A DNA stretch of 64,000 bases, from IMG/VR virus record IMGVR_UViG_3300034069_001746; one strand, 5' to 3'. The position numbers and the translations under genes are program-made. The notes under the pieces are model-generated. The model had not been told where the DNA came from. It saw only the letters and a list, made by a program, of their open reading frames with translations, and did not search any database. Shown in pieces: positions 38,561-48,321 of the stretch. This DNA comes from a virus. Position 1 is the stretch's first letter. Each line of letters opens with the position of its first letter.

Positions 38561-39471
38561 AACAGGTGGTCTTTCAGTGGAACAATAGACGTCTTCATGG
38601 TGGGAAAATATACCGCATTGGGTCGAAGCAATACCATACGCCAACCCTCGCCGATCATGCGGTGAGCGATTTGACATGACACTGATTGATCTTGAAACAC
38701 GATCAATTCTTGCTTCAGTAAAGGATAAGGAAACTCGTCCAACCCTTTGCCCAAAGCAACATCAAGACCTTTATTAGCCATGAAACGAAACCCGTGAGGG
38801 TAATAATGACCTAAAGGATGATTGTTGCTGTGAGGAGCAAGCGTAACAATGCTCCCCGTGTCATTAGCGGTGTGATTGTAATCGTAGTAAAGATAATCCG
38901 GATTATGTGTAGTAAGGAGAGGCCGGTAGTTCTTGCACCAATAATGGACTAGTTCCATATGAAACAAGCTATCAATAGCCTTACATAAATAAAAGGGTTT
39001 ATCTCTACCTTTCGCATCAGGGCGTAATACCCATTTGCTACCAAAGGCATTAAGGCAAATGTCATCAACGTTTGCCTCCCCTTTAGTTTTAGCTAGTTCG
39101 CTGAACTGGTCACGCAGATTAACAATCCGTTGACAATGAGTGTCACTAGTGAAACCGTGAAGCTTATGGAGAACCCCCTCAACAAGATGTTTAACCTCAC
39201 TGGTGGTAAACTCAAACAAAGCCAGGGCAATATCAGGGGAACCAAAGGTGAACTCTTCTTCGTTTTTAGAACATAAAACAAGAAGGTCTGGGTCTTCACC
39301 AAGATCTTTTAAAATAAAAGGAAGCTTACGATCATTGGTGCGTTGAAGAATTGTTCTGGTGATTTCAAAGTCTGAAGGTCTTTTCTTTTCTTTCTTTTTC
39401 TTCGTCTTTGTATCCACCACAACAGGTTCAGCTACACCATCAATTAGCATGATCTTCCATGATGCTAGCAA
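38557..39471 (-). CDS. hypothetical protein (likely start ATG 39450)
   Basis: ORF track; coupled to downstream gene. Confidence 0.65.
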   Translation of the reverse strand: MLASWKIMLIDGVAEPVVVDTKTKKKKEKKRPSDFEITRTILQRTNDRKLPFILKDLGEDPDLLVLCSKNEEEFTFGSPDIALALFEFTTSEVKHLVEGVLHKLHGFTSDTHCQRIVNLRDQFSELAKTKGEANVDDICLNAFGSKWVLRPDAKGRDKPFYLCKAIDSLFHMELVHYWCKNYRPLLTTHNPDYLYYDYNHTANDTGSIVTLAPHSNNHPLGHYYPHGFRFMANKGLDVALGKGLDEFPYPLLKQELIVFQDQSVSCQIAHRMIGEGWRMVLLRPNAVYFPTMKTSIVPLKDHLL

Positions 39472-39715
39472 AGCGAACTTCTAAAGAACGCCTGGCGTCA
39501 TCGAAATCACATAAATCAGCAGAAGAAGGGGCCTTGCCTCCATCTAAATCCGTTAGCAATGTCTGGCAATCTCTAACAAATCGATCGCTAACACCTTTAC
39601 GGTTTGTGGGAATTTCTAAAGTTTGGATCTTAGAAATCCATTCGTTAACCTCAGTCTTATGATCATCGATCTCATCACTTACTAGATGAGTGTTACTAGT
39701 GCTAATGTTTGTCAT
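39440..39715 (-). CDS. hypothetical protein
   Basis: ORF track. Confidence 0.6.
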   Translation of the reverse strand: MTNISTSNTHLVSDEIDDHKTEVNEWISKIQTLEIPTNRKGVSDRFVRDCQTLLTDLDGGKAPSSADLCDFDDARRSLEVRFASIMEDHAN

Positions 39716-39909
39716 AACTTATGAATCCGTTAAGCATGTCTTCCCAATACAGTGTTAGGCTCTTGGACTTTTATCTTTTTTAACTTGGTTAAGATAAAAC
39801 GGTATTCGCAAGAATCATCACCATACCGTATTTCCTAGAAAAACAACAAAGAATCTTTTCTCTTCTCTTTTCAGCAACGATGATCATGATCAGTTTAAAA
39901 GGATAGACC

Positions 39910-42072
39910 ATGTCCTATATTCGCAAAGAAGACTATAGTGTTGAGCGAGAACGCCCTAAACTGTTAACCAATTATCTTGAGCAGATGACGACTTACCTCT
40001 CGCTTCTCCACCCTGATTGCTCTCCTGATATGATTGATGGTTTTGTTAAGGAGATTATTCGTGAACGAGCGACATCTCCTCAAATAGAGGCCATTGTTCA
40101 CAAAACGGAAGGTAATAGTGAAATTGTTAAAACCAGACTTGATCACTACATCACCAATGTTGTTGCCGACAACAATCTAGCACCATCGGGAACTTGCTAT
40201 CATCCCATCAGCCGTAAGGAATCATTCTTGCGCATGAGTATTGATGGTAAAGTGAAAGATCGCAATGCGTTTAAAAAGAAGTATTTAGAATTCGAGGCTC
40301 AAGGTAAGAAACGCGAATCGCAGTACTATAACCAAAACCAAGCCAATGCTAAAATATTCAACAACGCCATTGCTGGCGGTATGGCGATGAAGCAGTTCAT
40401 TTTGTCAGACAAAGCAGGCTTTGCCTCCATTACCTCCGCTGGTCGTTTGTGTGTGAAGCAAGGGTATAGTTTTATTGAACGGGCTGTGAATGGTAATATT
40501 TACCTTCCCTCTGTTGACGATGCCATTAGCTACACTCTTAATCACATTCGTCACATTCCTGATGAGTTTGCGCCTTTAATCATCAACAAAATCCTTTATA
40601 CTCCTTCACCCAACGAAGTAGTGGCGTACCTCATTAATTCGGTACGAAATTACACCCTTCACTTAAACGACACTCATCTTCTTACGCTGATGACCAACAT
40701 GACAGAAGTGGAGCGGTCTTATGTGTTTTATGCAGGGTGCTTAAATAATCTGTGTCGTTATAATGAAGACATGATGCGACAGTGGATTGATTCTTGCTTT
40801 CCTCACCAAGAACTTGATCCTAGCTTGTACCAAGACATTTCTTTAGATGACGTCAAGACCTTTCGCGATGATGTCATTGCGTGCGTTCTGTCGACCAACT
40901 ACAAGCGTTTGGGTCTCAATCCTCATAAACCTGGTAAGTATAACGGTATCAAGGATGCCGCTAAGAATAATCCTGAAGGATTAAAGGAATTTATCTATTG
41001 TTGCCGCCATTTTGTTACAAACTTTGAATCTCTTCTTTACGTTATTAAACCCATCTTTCAGGTTCAAACCACCTTTGCTCGGATGGTCTTTCAGCAGCAT
41101 ATGGCGCGCTACACCGTGCCGTTGTCAGACACGGACAGCAACATCTTTTCAACACAAGAACTAATCCGGTGGAAGCGAGGTAAAATCGATTTCAGCCAAA
41201 CGTCGTACGAGATGAACGCTTTGGTAACGTTTATCTTGTCGCAGTCACTGGAGCATGTTTTTGCTAGACTTTCAGCAGGCTTCGGGATTGAAGACAAAGA
41301 CGTCTTTAGAATCTCAATGAAGAATGAATTCTTGTATCCTATTCTTCTAGCCACGGCTCTCGCCAAACACTATATGGCGATTGCTACCATGCAGGAAGGA
41401 GCTTTGCTCCCTAACCCTCGTAAAGATATTAAAGGGGTTGGTCTTCGTAGCTCAACCTATCCTAAGATTATCCGTGATGGATTTGAGGAATTCATTGTTA
41501 ATCTTTTTGAAGAGATTGAAAAGGGCGAGCCTATTCGTGCTGCTTCCATTCTTCAGCATGTTGCCTCCGTAGAACAAGCCATCTATCATTCCATCAGCAA
41601 TGCTGATCCTGATTACCTACAAACAGTATCAGTGAGGCGTGAAGAAGATTATGTTGATGCCTCCAAATCACAATACTTCTATTACGAAATGTGGCAGGAA
41701 GTCTTTGCTCCCGACTTTGGTGAAATGGTTATTCCTAATAAATGTTACAAGATCCCCTTAAAAGGTGGAGCTAAACTGTTCAAAAGCCCAGAGTTTCTCG
41801 CCAAGCTTGATAACCAGCCTGAACTCAGACAACGACTGGTTGCCTTTATGGAAAGGAATAATGGGAGAGGAATTAAGTATCTACTTGTTCCCCCCTTTAA
41901 AGGAAAGATCAATCCGTTCTTTTCTGACATCTTTGATATCCGGTCTCATATCTGTCAGATCATGGCTGGCTATTACCATGTCCTTGACGCTTTTTCCATA
42001 GGAACCGTTGATATCAGAGTAGACGGATTGGTGTCTGACTTTTATGATCCCTCACAACCTCTATTGGAGTAG
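39910..42072 (+). CDS. family B DNA polymerase, polymerase-domain subunit (phiKZ-like split PolB)
   Basis: Motif B KIFNNAIAG; motif C SDTDS; KHY; KGVGLRSS; no exonuclease motifs in this ORF. Confidence 0.85.
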   Translation: MSYIRKEDYSVERERPKLLTNYLEQMTTYLSLLHPDCSPDMIDGFVKEIIRERATSPQIEAIVHKTEGNSEIVKTRLDHYITNVVADNNLAPSGTCYHPISRKESFLRMSIDGKVKDRNAFKKKYLEFEAQGKKRESQYYNQNQANAKIFNNAIAGGMAMKQFILSDKAGFASITSAGRLCVKQGYSFIERAVNGNIYLPSVDDAISYTLNHIRHIPDEFAPLIINKILYTPSPNEVVAYLINSVRNYTLHLNDTHLLTLMTNMTEVERSYVFYAGCLNNLCRYNEDMMRQWIDSCFPHQELDPSLYQDISLDDVKTFRDDVIACVLSTNYKRLGLNPHKPGKYNGIKDAAKNNPEGLKEFIYCCRHFVTNFESLLYVIKPIFQVQTTFARMVFQQHMARYTVPLSDTDSNIFSTQELIRWKRGKIDFSQTSYEMNALVTFILSQSLEHVFARLSAGFGIEDKDVFRISMKNEFLYPILLATALAKHYMAIATMQEGALLPNPRKDIKGVGLRSSTYPKIIRDGFEEFIVNLFEEIEKGEPIRAASILQHVASVEQAIYHSISNADPDYLQTVSVRREEDYVDASKSQYFYYEMWQEVFAPDFGEMVIPNKCYKIPLKGGAKLFKSPEFLAKLDNQPELRQRLVAFMERNNGRGIKYLLVPPFKGKINPFFSDIFDIRSHICQIMAGYYHVLDAFSIGTVDIRVDGLVSDFYDPSQPLLE

Positions 42073-42077
42073 AAAAC

Positions 42078-42299
42078 ATGTCTGCAATAAAAGCGTATAT
42101 TGGTTCCATAATTATCCATGCTGAACCCATGGAAAAAAATGGTGAACCTGGTTACCGGGTTGTTTATCCTGATAATTATGAAAGTTGGTCACCTAAGCAT
42201 GTCTTTGATCAAGCGTATCGACCTGTTAGCGACATGGAAGCAAGACTCGTTGTTCAAACAATGTCACTAGATGCTGACCACGTCATTTCGGATTGTTAA
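42078..42299 (+). CDS. small conserved phage protein (YIG...AEPM...GY.V.Y..Y.SWSP..VF..AY)
   Basis: Motif visible in translation. Confidence 0.7.
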   Translation: MSAIKAYIGSIIIHAEPMEKNGEPGYRVVYPDNYESWSPKHVFDQAYRPVSDMEARLVVQTMSLDADHVISDC

Positions 42300-42344
42300 G
42301 AAACGCTAGTGATTCATTCATTCATTTTCTGGTTAGGATAATTA

Positions 42345-42563
42345 ATGAGCCATGACTTTACCCAAAATTGGCATTGGCCTCAATGGTTTATTATAGGCTA
42401 TTTATTTCTAAATTACAGTGTTACTATTCACTATCACGATAAGCCTAAAGTTCATACCAGCGGTCCCAAGCAAGGACAACCTTATACCTTTAATGCTTTT
42501 AATACATTGATACGATCTGTAATCTTGATAGCAGTGTTAGATGCCGGTGGCTTCTTTCAGTAA
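42345..42563 (+). CDS. small two-TM membrane protein
   Basis: WPQWFIIGYLFL...LIRSVILIAVLDAGGFF. Confidence 0.65.
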   Translation: MSHDFTQNWHWPQWFIIGYLFLNYSVTIHYHDKPKVHTSGPKQGQPYTFNAFNTLIRSVILIAVLDAGGFFQ

Positions 42564-42586
42564 TTCAATCAAGAAAGGCTAGCTGT

Positions 42587-42901
42587 ATGATTTCATCTAA
42601 TGCTGTGATTACGTCTGCTCATCATGCCTTAAAGGCAGCTAGAGGATGGGTGTTGACCTGTATTGAGAGTACCACGGCTAAACGCGATTTGCGTCTCCTT
42701 GACCAAGCCCTGATAGGACTGGATAATTACCGTCGTCTAGTATGTTTTGACAATGAGAACACCATTGACTCTGTTGCCTTGGTAGCTGCTCAAGATGTTT
42801 GTGACCGATTAAACATCACTCATCCTCAACAGATTGCAAAAATCCAGTTGGTCATTACTGACGCTATTAAAATATCTCATCCTTTATCGGAAGAAAGATA
42901 A
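42587..42901 (+). CDS. hypothetical protein
   Basis: ORF track with AAGG RBS. Confidence 0.6.
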   Translation: MISSNAVITSAHHALKAARGWVLTCIESTTAKRDLRLLDQALIGLDNYRRLVCFDNENTIDSVALVAAQDVCDRLNITHPQQIAKIQLVITDAIKISHPLSEER

Positions 42902-43284
42902 TGGTAACGCATAGACTAAATTCTCTCTACCACACATGGCAAGCAATGAAGGAAGGTATTCTTGGCTTTGTTGTGTTGCGCAATGATCAACACTATCAAA
43001 AAGGTGACACGATCATTTTTACTCAGTTGGACCGAGAAGGCAAAGGATACGCCCCCTCTCCTCTAGGTAGATTTGCAACAAACGATCTTACCTTTACGTT
43101 AGGTTGGATGCAGCAAGGGGGGTTGAACAATGGGATCGATCCAGCTTATGCGGTGTTCCAGCTAGATCTTTTTATTGATCCCGCTGACCCATCTGCAACC
43201 GTGCCACCTTATCACCCTGGTCCGGGAGCGGTGCTTCTTACAGGTGATGCGCCATTTCCTCCAACTACTAATCTTAGAAGATAA
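42901..43284 (+). CDS. ASCH/DUF3850-like protein
   Basis: H.L......WQAMKEG..GF..LRND..YQKGD.I pattern. Confidence 0.7.
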   Translation: MVTHRLNSLYHTWQAMKEGILGFVVLRNDQHYQKGDTIIFTQLDREGKGYAPSPLGRFATNDLTFTLGWMQQGGLNNGIDPAYAVFQLDLFIDPADPSATVPPYHPGPGAVLLTGDAPFPPTTNLRR

Positions 43285-43299
43285 TGATGTAACCATGCA

Positions 43300-43330
43300 A
43301 TAAGAGGAGGGCATCACGCCCTCCTCTTAT
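43300..43330. terminator. bidirectional terminator
   Basis: ATAAGAGGAGGGC-ATCAC-GCCCTCCTCTTAT between convergent genes. Confidence 0.8.
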
Positions 43331-43341
43331 CACTGGTATGA

Positions 43342-44427
43342 TTATGCTGGTTGAGGTGAAGCTTCCTGCTTCAAACTCTGGAATGTTTCTTTAACCATGA
43401 CAAAAGCTTTGCGAACAACATCGGCAAGTAGTTTGGTGATAACGCCCACCACGCTCCACAAAGCAAGGGCAATGTATTTGTTGGCAATCTGCTGACTGAT
43501 CCAACCAGTGAATTTAGACTTGGTCTTTTCTACAACCTTATCCTTGATCGCAGTTCCTGGATCACCGATGTCATTCAATTTAGAAGCAACGCCGGTGACC
43601 TTACCAATAAGGGGACTGGCTGCACCCTTTAGAGTACCCCATGCCTTACTCAGCTGACCACTAACAGCCTTAACAGCACTAGCCGTCCACCCAAGATCAC
43701 CTGCGGTTCCACTCGCCTTAGCAACATCAGCAGGATTAATGGTGATAGTGATTTTGCTAGCGTTCTCTGCCATCTTGGGAACGATTGATCCTCCAGGCCA
43801 GCCAATCTTGTTGATGTGATCCTGGACACTGTACATAAACGACTGGAGAGCATTTTCATTAGAAAAGCTACCAGGGGAGCCAGACGCCACTAGGGCAACA
43901 AGACCAGCAACCGCTCCTACAGCTACCGTAGCGGCCATCACCGTCTTGAAGGGATGAGCTTTGATGGTGCGACCACCAGCTTTAGCAGTGTCCCACGCTT
44001 TACTGGTTAATGACTTGGTGAGATCACTAATGGTATCCCACAGTCCACCAATCACGTGGATGATCTTGTCAGACACGCCCTTGGCAACACTGATGATCTT
44101 GGCAGACCAGCGCGCTACCGTGTCCTTGATCTTGTCACTAAGGGCTTCCAAGGCCATGCTAGTCTCATCACCTTCAGGCTTGTCGTAGGAGAAGTTCTCC
44201 ATCGCCAAGGCATCAAGCGAAGTACCGCTAAGCAGATGCGTTGTTTGAAGCAGTCCAAACGCCGTTGGATTCATCCCAAAGCGTTCAACGGCTACAGCTG
44301 CATCAAGCAACTGATTGAGCTCATCACTCAGCGCATCCCCTTCTACACTGTCGCTATACAACCGATCAATGTCATCACCAAAAGCCTGCTCCAGATCTTC
44401 AGTAATATCCTGGGTCATGGTATCCAT
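43342..44427 (-). CDS. internal head protein family (processed propeptide)
   Basis: Acidic N-terminus ending AME/ALE, then ALSDKIKDT...W; typical of phiKZ inner-head paralogs. Confidence 0.7.
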   Translation of the reverse strand: MDTMTQDITEDLEQAFGDDIDRLYSDSVEGDALSDELNQLLDAAVAVERFGMNPTAFGLLQTTHLLSGTSLDALAMENFSYDKPEGDETSMALEALSDKIKDTVARWSAKIISVAKGVSDKIIHVIGGLWDTISDLTKSLTSKAWDTAKAGGRTIKAHPFKTVMAATVAVGAVAGLVALVASGSPGSFSNENALQSFMYSVQDHINKIGWPGGSIVPKMAENASKITITINPADVAKASGTAGDLGWTASAVKAVSGQLSKAWGTLKGAASPLIGKVTGVASKLNDIGDPGTAIKDKVVEKTKSKFTGWISQQIANKYIALALWSVVGVITKLLADVVRKAFVMVKETFQSLKQEASPQPA

Positions 44428-44489
44428 CTGTAAAACTACCTTTTTCCTGTATAAAAAAGCAAGAACCATAAAATCAAATAGTTTATGGG

Positions 44490-44517
44490 TAAAGAAGAGG
44501 GAATTCCCTCTTCTTTA
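44490..44517 (-). terminator. perfect palindrome overlapping the RNase H stop
   Basis: TAAAGAAGAGGGAATTCCCTCTTCTTTA. Confidence 0.6.
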
Positions 44518-45063
44518 CACTGAATAGGGTCCATCAAGAAGACTAGGATCATCTCTCATTTTCTTTGTTAAGTCTTGAGCTAAATAATCCACTACACTGT
44601 TTAGTGGATCACCTGTATGCGCTTTCACTTTAACACAACGAAATGATGTTAAATTATCTATCTTGCGAGCAATTTCTTGAATAAGTTCTTTATTCTTAAC
44701 GGGCTGATGCAAGGGGGTTAACCAATCATTCATAGCCCATGTGTGTCGCCATAATGTTAAGCATGAAATCGTGTAAGCGCTGTCTGAATAGATAATCACA
44801 TGATCCATTCCTGGATGATCTAGCGCTCGGTTAACTGCTTGGAGTTCCATGGCGTTAATTGTTCCACCCCGGTAGGCTAGTCGTTCCATTCTGATCACAT
44901 GCTGAGTCTTACCTGAAAAGATAACATAAGCACAAGCAGCATTACCCTCTGGTCGGTAACTCCCATCCGTAAATATGTGATAACAGCGAGGATCAAAAGA
45001 ACCATAATCGATCTGTTCTTTGATTCTGAGTCTTTTTCGTTTTGACATAAGGGTTATACCCAC
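44515..45063 (-). CDS. rnhA: ribonuclease HI
   Basis: FTDGS, TINAMELQA, YSDSAY, W...PVKNKEL, VKAHTG...N..VD; catalytic D-E-D-D set. Confidence 0.92.
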   Translation of the reverse strand: MGITLMSKRKRLRIKEQIDYGSFDPRCYHIFTDGSYRPEGNAACAYVIFSGKTQHVIRMERLAYRGGTINAMELQAVNRALDHPGMDHVIIYSDSAYTISCLTLWRHTWAMNDWLTPLHQPVKNKELIQEIARKIDNLTSFRCVKVKAHTGDPLNSVVDYLAQDLTKKMRDDPSLLDGPYSV

Positions 45064-45109
45064 TATAGATACTACATCATTACCGCTGTAAAGAAGGTTA
45101 TAAAAACCG

Positions 45110-45171
45110 ATATCATTCAGATGAATCGCTGTATTACTGGAGTGATAATAGACAGGCTATTCTGTTTATTA
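45110..45171 (+). promoter_or_regulatory. putative early (vRNAP) promoter 1 plus leader hairpin
   Basis: ATATCATT-N12-TGTATTAC-N5-TGA then TAATAGACAG/CTGTTTATTA hairpin; at the start of the plus-strand early block. Confidence 0.55.
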
Positions 45172-45195
45172 GCCTTTTTAAACAGGAGATGTACC

Positions 45196-45339
45196 ATGGT
45201 TGATATTCTTGGCTATCTGCTTGTTATCCTGCTGATCGTGATGACTCTGATCTGGTTGTTCTTTTCGGACAAGATCTGGACCTGGCTGAGCACTGCCGTG
45301 GAGACGTTGTTCAACAATGACGATGTGGTCCACTACTGA
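45196..45339 (+). CDS. small membrane protein (47 aa)
   Basis: AGGAG RBS; ILGYLLVILLIVMTLIWLFF TM segment. Confidence 0.65.
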   Translation: MVDILGYLLVILLIVMTLIWLFFSDKIWTWLSTAVETLFNNDDVVHY

Positions 45340-45384
45340 TTCCTCCAGTTTATCCTCTTTCTTATTGTTACAAAGGAACTAACC

Positions 45385-45792
45385 ATGAACAAGTATCAGC
45401 AGGTTGTTGCCATCCGTACGCAGATTCTGGATCTGGCAACCGCGAAGGGTTTCGGTCCTGACCAGCCTCACGACGTGCAGATGAAGGGTCTGGAGGACGC
45501 TGAACTGGTCGAGCAGACCATGGAACTGTCGTTTAAGATGATGCCACTTCTCGCGGATCTGGCGGATATCGGCAACCTTCGGCCCGAGGACCATGCAGCC
45601 TCTTTGGAAATGCACGAGGCCCTGCTCGCTAAGTTCCAGGACGAACAGGACATCATGCTCAACCAGCGCGAGCGTCTCGCTGACATGAATCCCGAGTTCG
45701 TCGATGAACTGATCCAACAGGTTCCCGCTATGATCGCTGAGACCGAGAGGTCGATCGCGACCATCAAGAACCGGATGTTGATGATTGCCTGA
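45385..45792 (+). CDS. early hypothetical protein (helical)
   Basis: AAGGA RBS; GC-rich codons. Confidence 0.75.
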   Translation: MNKYQQVVAIRTQILDLATAKGFGPDQPHDVQMKGLEDAELVEQTMELSFKMMPLLADLADIGNLRPEDHAASLEMHEALLAKFQDEQDIMLNQRERLADMNPEFVDELIQQVPAMIAETERSIATIKNRMLMIA

Positions 45793-45842
45793 TCACCGTT
45801 CGATCGTTTTCACCATCATTATTAACTCTTTTAACAGGAACA

Positions 45843-46070
45843 ATGATCATGACCAAGCTGACCGACATGAATGCCACCGAGCGTCGTCTGGTGGCCCGTA
45901 AGCACCGCATCCAGGTGGCGCTGATCACCACCGAACTCCAGAGCGTGGTTGGCTTCACGCCCACCTTTGCTAAGCTCACCATGCGCAAAACGTTTCATGC
46001 CGCCCAGGCTAAGCTTTGGGATGTAGCAGCTGCGCAGGCTGAGGCCAACGGTAACGTGACGCTCGCATAA
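45843..46070 (+). CDS. early hypothetical protein
   Basis: AGGA RBS. Confidence 0.7.
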   Translation: MIMTKLTDMNATERRLVARKHRIQVALITTELQSVVGFTPTFAKLTMRKTFHAAQAKLWDVAAAQAEANGNVTLA

Positions 46071-46095
46071 CCCCATTTCAAGAAAGGTTGTCAAC

Positions 46096-46356
46096 ATGGC
46101 TCTTTATTACAGCGCCAACGGTATTGTTGCGGATCAAGAACTTCACGTCGGTAACACCGAAGGGATCAAGCTGATGCGCGGCCGCGCTGACTCGGTTTCT
46201 TGTCTGCAGGCAGACGGCGACGAACTGGAAGCTATCCGCGAACAGTTCACCGGCATTCCGATGCACAACGGCCGCGTCGTCGAATGGTTCGGTGACACTG
46301 CCAAGTTCATCGCTCGTCATTTCAAGTCACCCACTCATTATAATCCCATGTTCTAA
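46096..46356 (+). CDS. early hypothetical protein
   Basis: AAGG RBS. Confidence 0.7.
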   Translation: MALYYSANGIVADQELHVGNTEGIKLMRGRADSVSCLQADGDELEAIREQFTGIPMHNGRVVEWFGDTAKFIARHFKSPTHYNPMF

Positions 46357-46375
46357 CAAGAGAAAGGAATTTACC

Positions 46376-46612
46376 ATGAACGATTCTGAGCTTGTTCTTG
46401 TTAAGGAAGCGCCGCCCGAAGCTTTCAGTGCAACGGTGACGTTTTCTCACGGTTCGATCAAAATCGAAGGCACCATGATCTTCATTCTGGCGACCGTTGC
46501 TGAGCAGGAGAAGCGTGAAGGCTTCAAGACTACGGTCCTCAACGATTCGTTGAAGGCAGCGCTCGCCGCTGCCGAGGAACGTGTTAACAGTCGTGTTGCT
46601 AAATACGCCTAA
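46376..46612 (+). CDS. early hypothetical protein
   Basis: ATG 46376 with AAGGA RBS. Confidence 0.7.
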   Translation: MNDSELVLVKEAPPEAFSATVTFSHGSIKIEGTMIFILATVAEQEKREGFKTTVLNDSLKAALAAAEERVNSRVAKYA

Positions 46613-46664
46613 CACGCTCATTCTGATCCAACTCTTAATTTTTAATTGTGAAAAGGAACAAAAA

Positions 46665-46943
46665 ATGATTATCTTTTATGGAAACAATCAATCGGAAGCC
46701 ACCCTGACCGTGGAAAAGAGCTGGGGCGGATATTCGGTGACTGGTCAACTGGTCAAGGAAATCATCGAAGCCAAGGGGTCGGTCAAGAACATCGAGAGCT
46801 ATATGAAAAACTGCACTGTGAAGGTGTTCTTCCCCGTGCAGTTGTTGACGATGATGACCGTCGACATGGTCATATCGGTGCTCAATGATGTCAAAGATCT
46901 TGAGGCGTCCACTGCCAAGGTCAAATTCGAGTGGATAGCCTAA
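46665..46943 (+). CDS. early hypothetical protein
   Basis: ATG 46665 with AAGGA RBS. Confidence 0.7.
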   Translation: MIIFYGNNQSEATLTVEKSWGGYSVTGQLVKEIIEAKGSVKNIESYMKNCTVKVFFPVQLLTMMTVDMVISVLNDVKDLEASTAKVKFEWIA

Positions 46944-46945
46944 TT

Positions 46946-46996
46946 CACTTTCATTCTAGTCTCATAGGTCAGAGATGTGAGACTATTAAGATTGTG
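46946..46996 (+). repeat. GUCAGAG-loop structured element, copy 1
   Basis: CACTTTCATTC-TAGTCTCATA-G-GTCAGAG-A-TGTGAGACTA-TTAAGATTGTG. Confidence 0.75.
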
Positions 46997-47028
46997 GTTT
47001 TCATTTTCACATTCTAAGGAGATTTGAA

Positions 47029-47193
47029 ATGATCAAAGAAACCTATGATCATTGTAAAATTTGCAAGGGTTACGGTGGTGATATTTGGTCAAAGGAGTGT
47101 AAGCAATGTGCTGGCACCGGTATTGTCATTGTTCGCACCGGTCTTCCTAACGGTCGAGTAGATGTCAGCGCTCCAGCGCCTTACTTGCGGTAA
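47029..47193 (+). CDS. 54-aa DnaJ-type zinc-finger mini-protein, not in ORF track
   Basis: CKICKGYG and CKQCAGTG (two CxxCxGxG); AAGGAG RBS. Confidence 0.7.
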   Translation: MIKETYDHCKICKGYGGDIWSKECKQCAGTGIVIVRTGLPNGRVDVSAPAPYLR

Positions 47194-47219
47194 TCTAATC
47201 TTTTCAGAAAGGAATTAAC

Positions 47220-47573
47220 ATGCTTGATTCTGTTTCTTCTTTGACCATGTTTCCTGGTCTTGACGATCGTCTACGTGTTTGTGCAGAACTGCTTGTTACC
47301 GGTGTTGCTTTCCAGCAGGATGGGAAGACATGGTCGGTCTTCAGCCATGAAGGTGAAGAAATCGGTATTATGTCGACCTACTGGGTCAATGCAACGACCC
47401 ACGCTATGAAGAAGCTTGGTTGGAAGGTCAACGGATTCGATCCGATCATGTACGGTGACAAGCCGGCCATCACCTTCGGCCATCATCCCGATAACATGCC
47501 TCGGCTTCTGTCGAATGCCGAATACGATATCATTCTGAAGCGCCGACACCGTAAAGTTGTCACCATTCATTAA
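47220..47573 (+). CDS. early hypothetical protein
   Basis: AAGGA RBS. Confidence 0.7.
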   Translation: MLDSVSSLTMFPGLDDRLRVCAELLVTGVAFQQDGKTWSVFSHEGEEIGIMSTYWVNATTHAMKKLGWKVNGFDPIMYGDKPAITFGHHPDNMPRLLSNAEYDIILKRRHRKVVTIH

Positions 47574-47584
47574 GGAGAACAATC

Positions 47585-48307
47585 ATGCGTCGGGTGTTTG
47601 AAAAGCTAGACTTTTTTTCCAAGCGTCGGGTGTTTGTTTGTGGTGACCTTCACGGCGAATATCAAAAGCTTGAAGAAGCCCTGTTTGATGTCGGCTTCGA
47701 CACTAGTCAGGATGTCCTCATTTCGGTGGGAGACCTTGTTGATCGTGGTTCCGACAGTGAGGTATTCGAGCACTACATCAAGCAGCCTTGGTTCTACCGT
47801 GTTGTCGGTAATCATGACGATCAGCCCAGAGAATATCTTCTTGGTTATGAAAGCAAGGAGAATGTCGAGCATAATGGAGGCAAGTGGTTTTTAGATAAAT
47901 CACGCGAAGAGCAGGAGCGCATCGCTTCTTTGCTTGAAGACGCTCCCATTGCTCTGGAAGTGATCACACCTGGTGGTCACACCATCGGTATTACTCATGC
48001 TGACACGGGTAGTCGGTGGGATCATCTTGCAGAACAGTGCCGGGATCCTGGTCTAGAGCGTCAGTTGGTCAATCGGCTGACGGGCTCAAGAGAGGTTATC
48101 CGAACTGTTCAATATGACCTCAAGCAAGGTGTGACGGAGTTCAGTAATGAATTTCGGGTATGGGGTATCGATCATGTCTTTCATGGTCATACTCCCGTTG
48201 ACGACATTCTAACCGTCACCAACCGAACCTGGATCGACACCGGTGCGTTTGACCCCAAAGGCAAGCTCACCGTTCTTGATGTCGATCATTTCCTCAACAC
48301 TCTTTAA
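47585..48307 (+). CDS. Ser/Thr protein phosphatase (lambda NinI/PphA-like metallophosphoesterase)
   Basis: GDLHG, GDLVDRG, GNHD, HA, HGHTP, IDTGA motifs. Confidence 0.9.
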   Translation: MRRVFEKLDFFSKRRVFVCGDLHGEYQKLEEALFDVGFDTSQDVLISVGDLVDRGSDSEVFEHYIKQPWFYRVVGNHDDQPREYLLGYESKENVEHNGGKWFLDKSREEQERIASLLEDAPIALEVITPGGHTIGITHADTGSRWDHLAEQCRDPGLERQLVNRLTGSREVIRTVQYDLKQGVTEFSNEFRVWGIDHVFHGHTPVDDILTVTNRTWIDTGAFDPKGKLTVLDVDHFLNTL

Positions 48308-48321
48308 TAGGAGATTTAATC

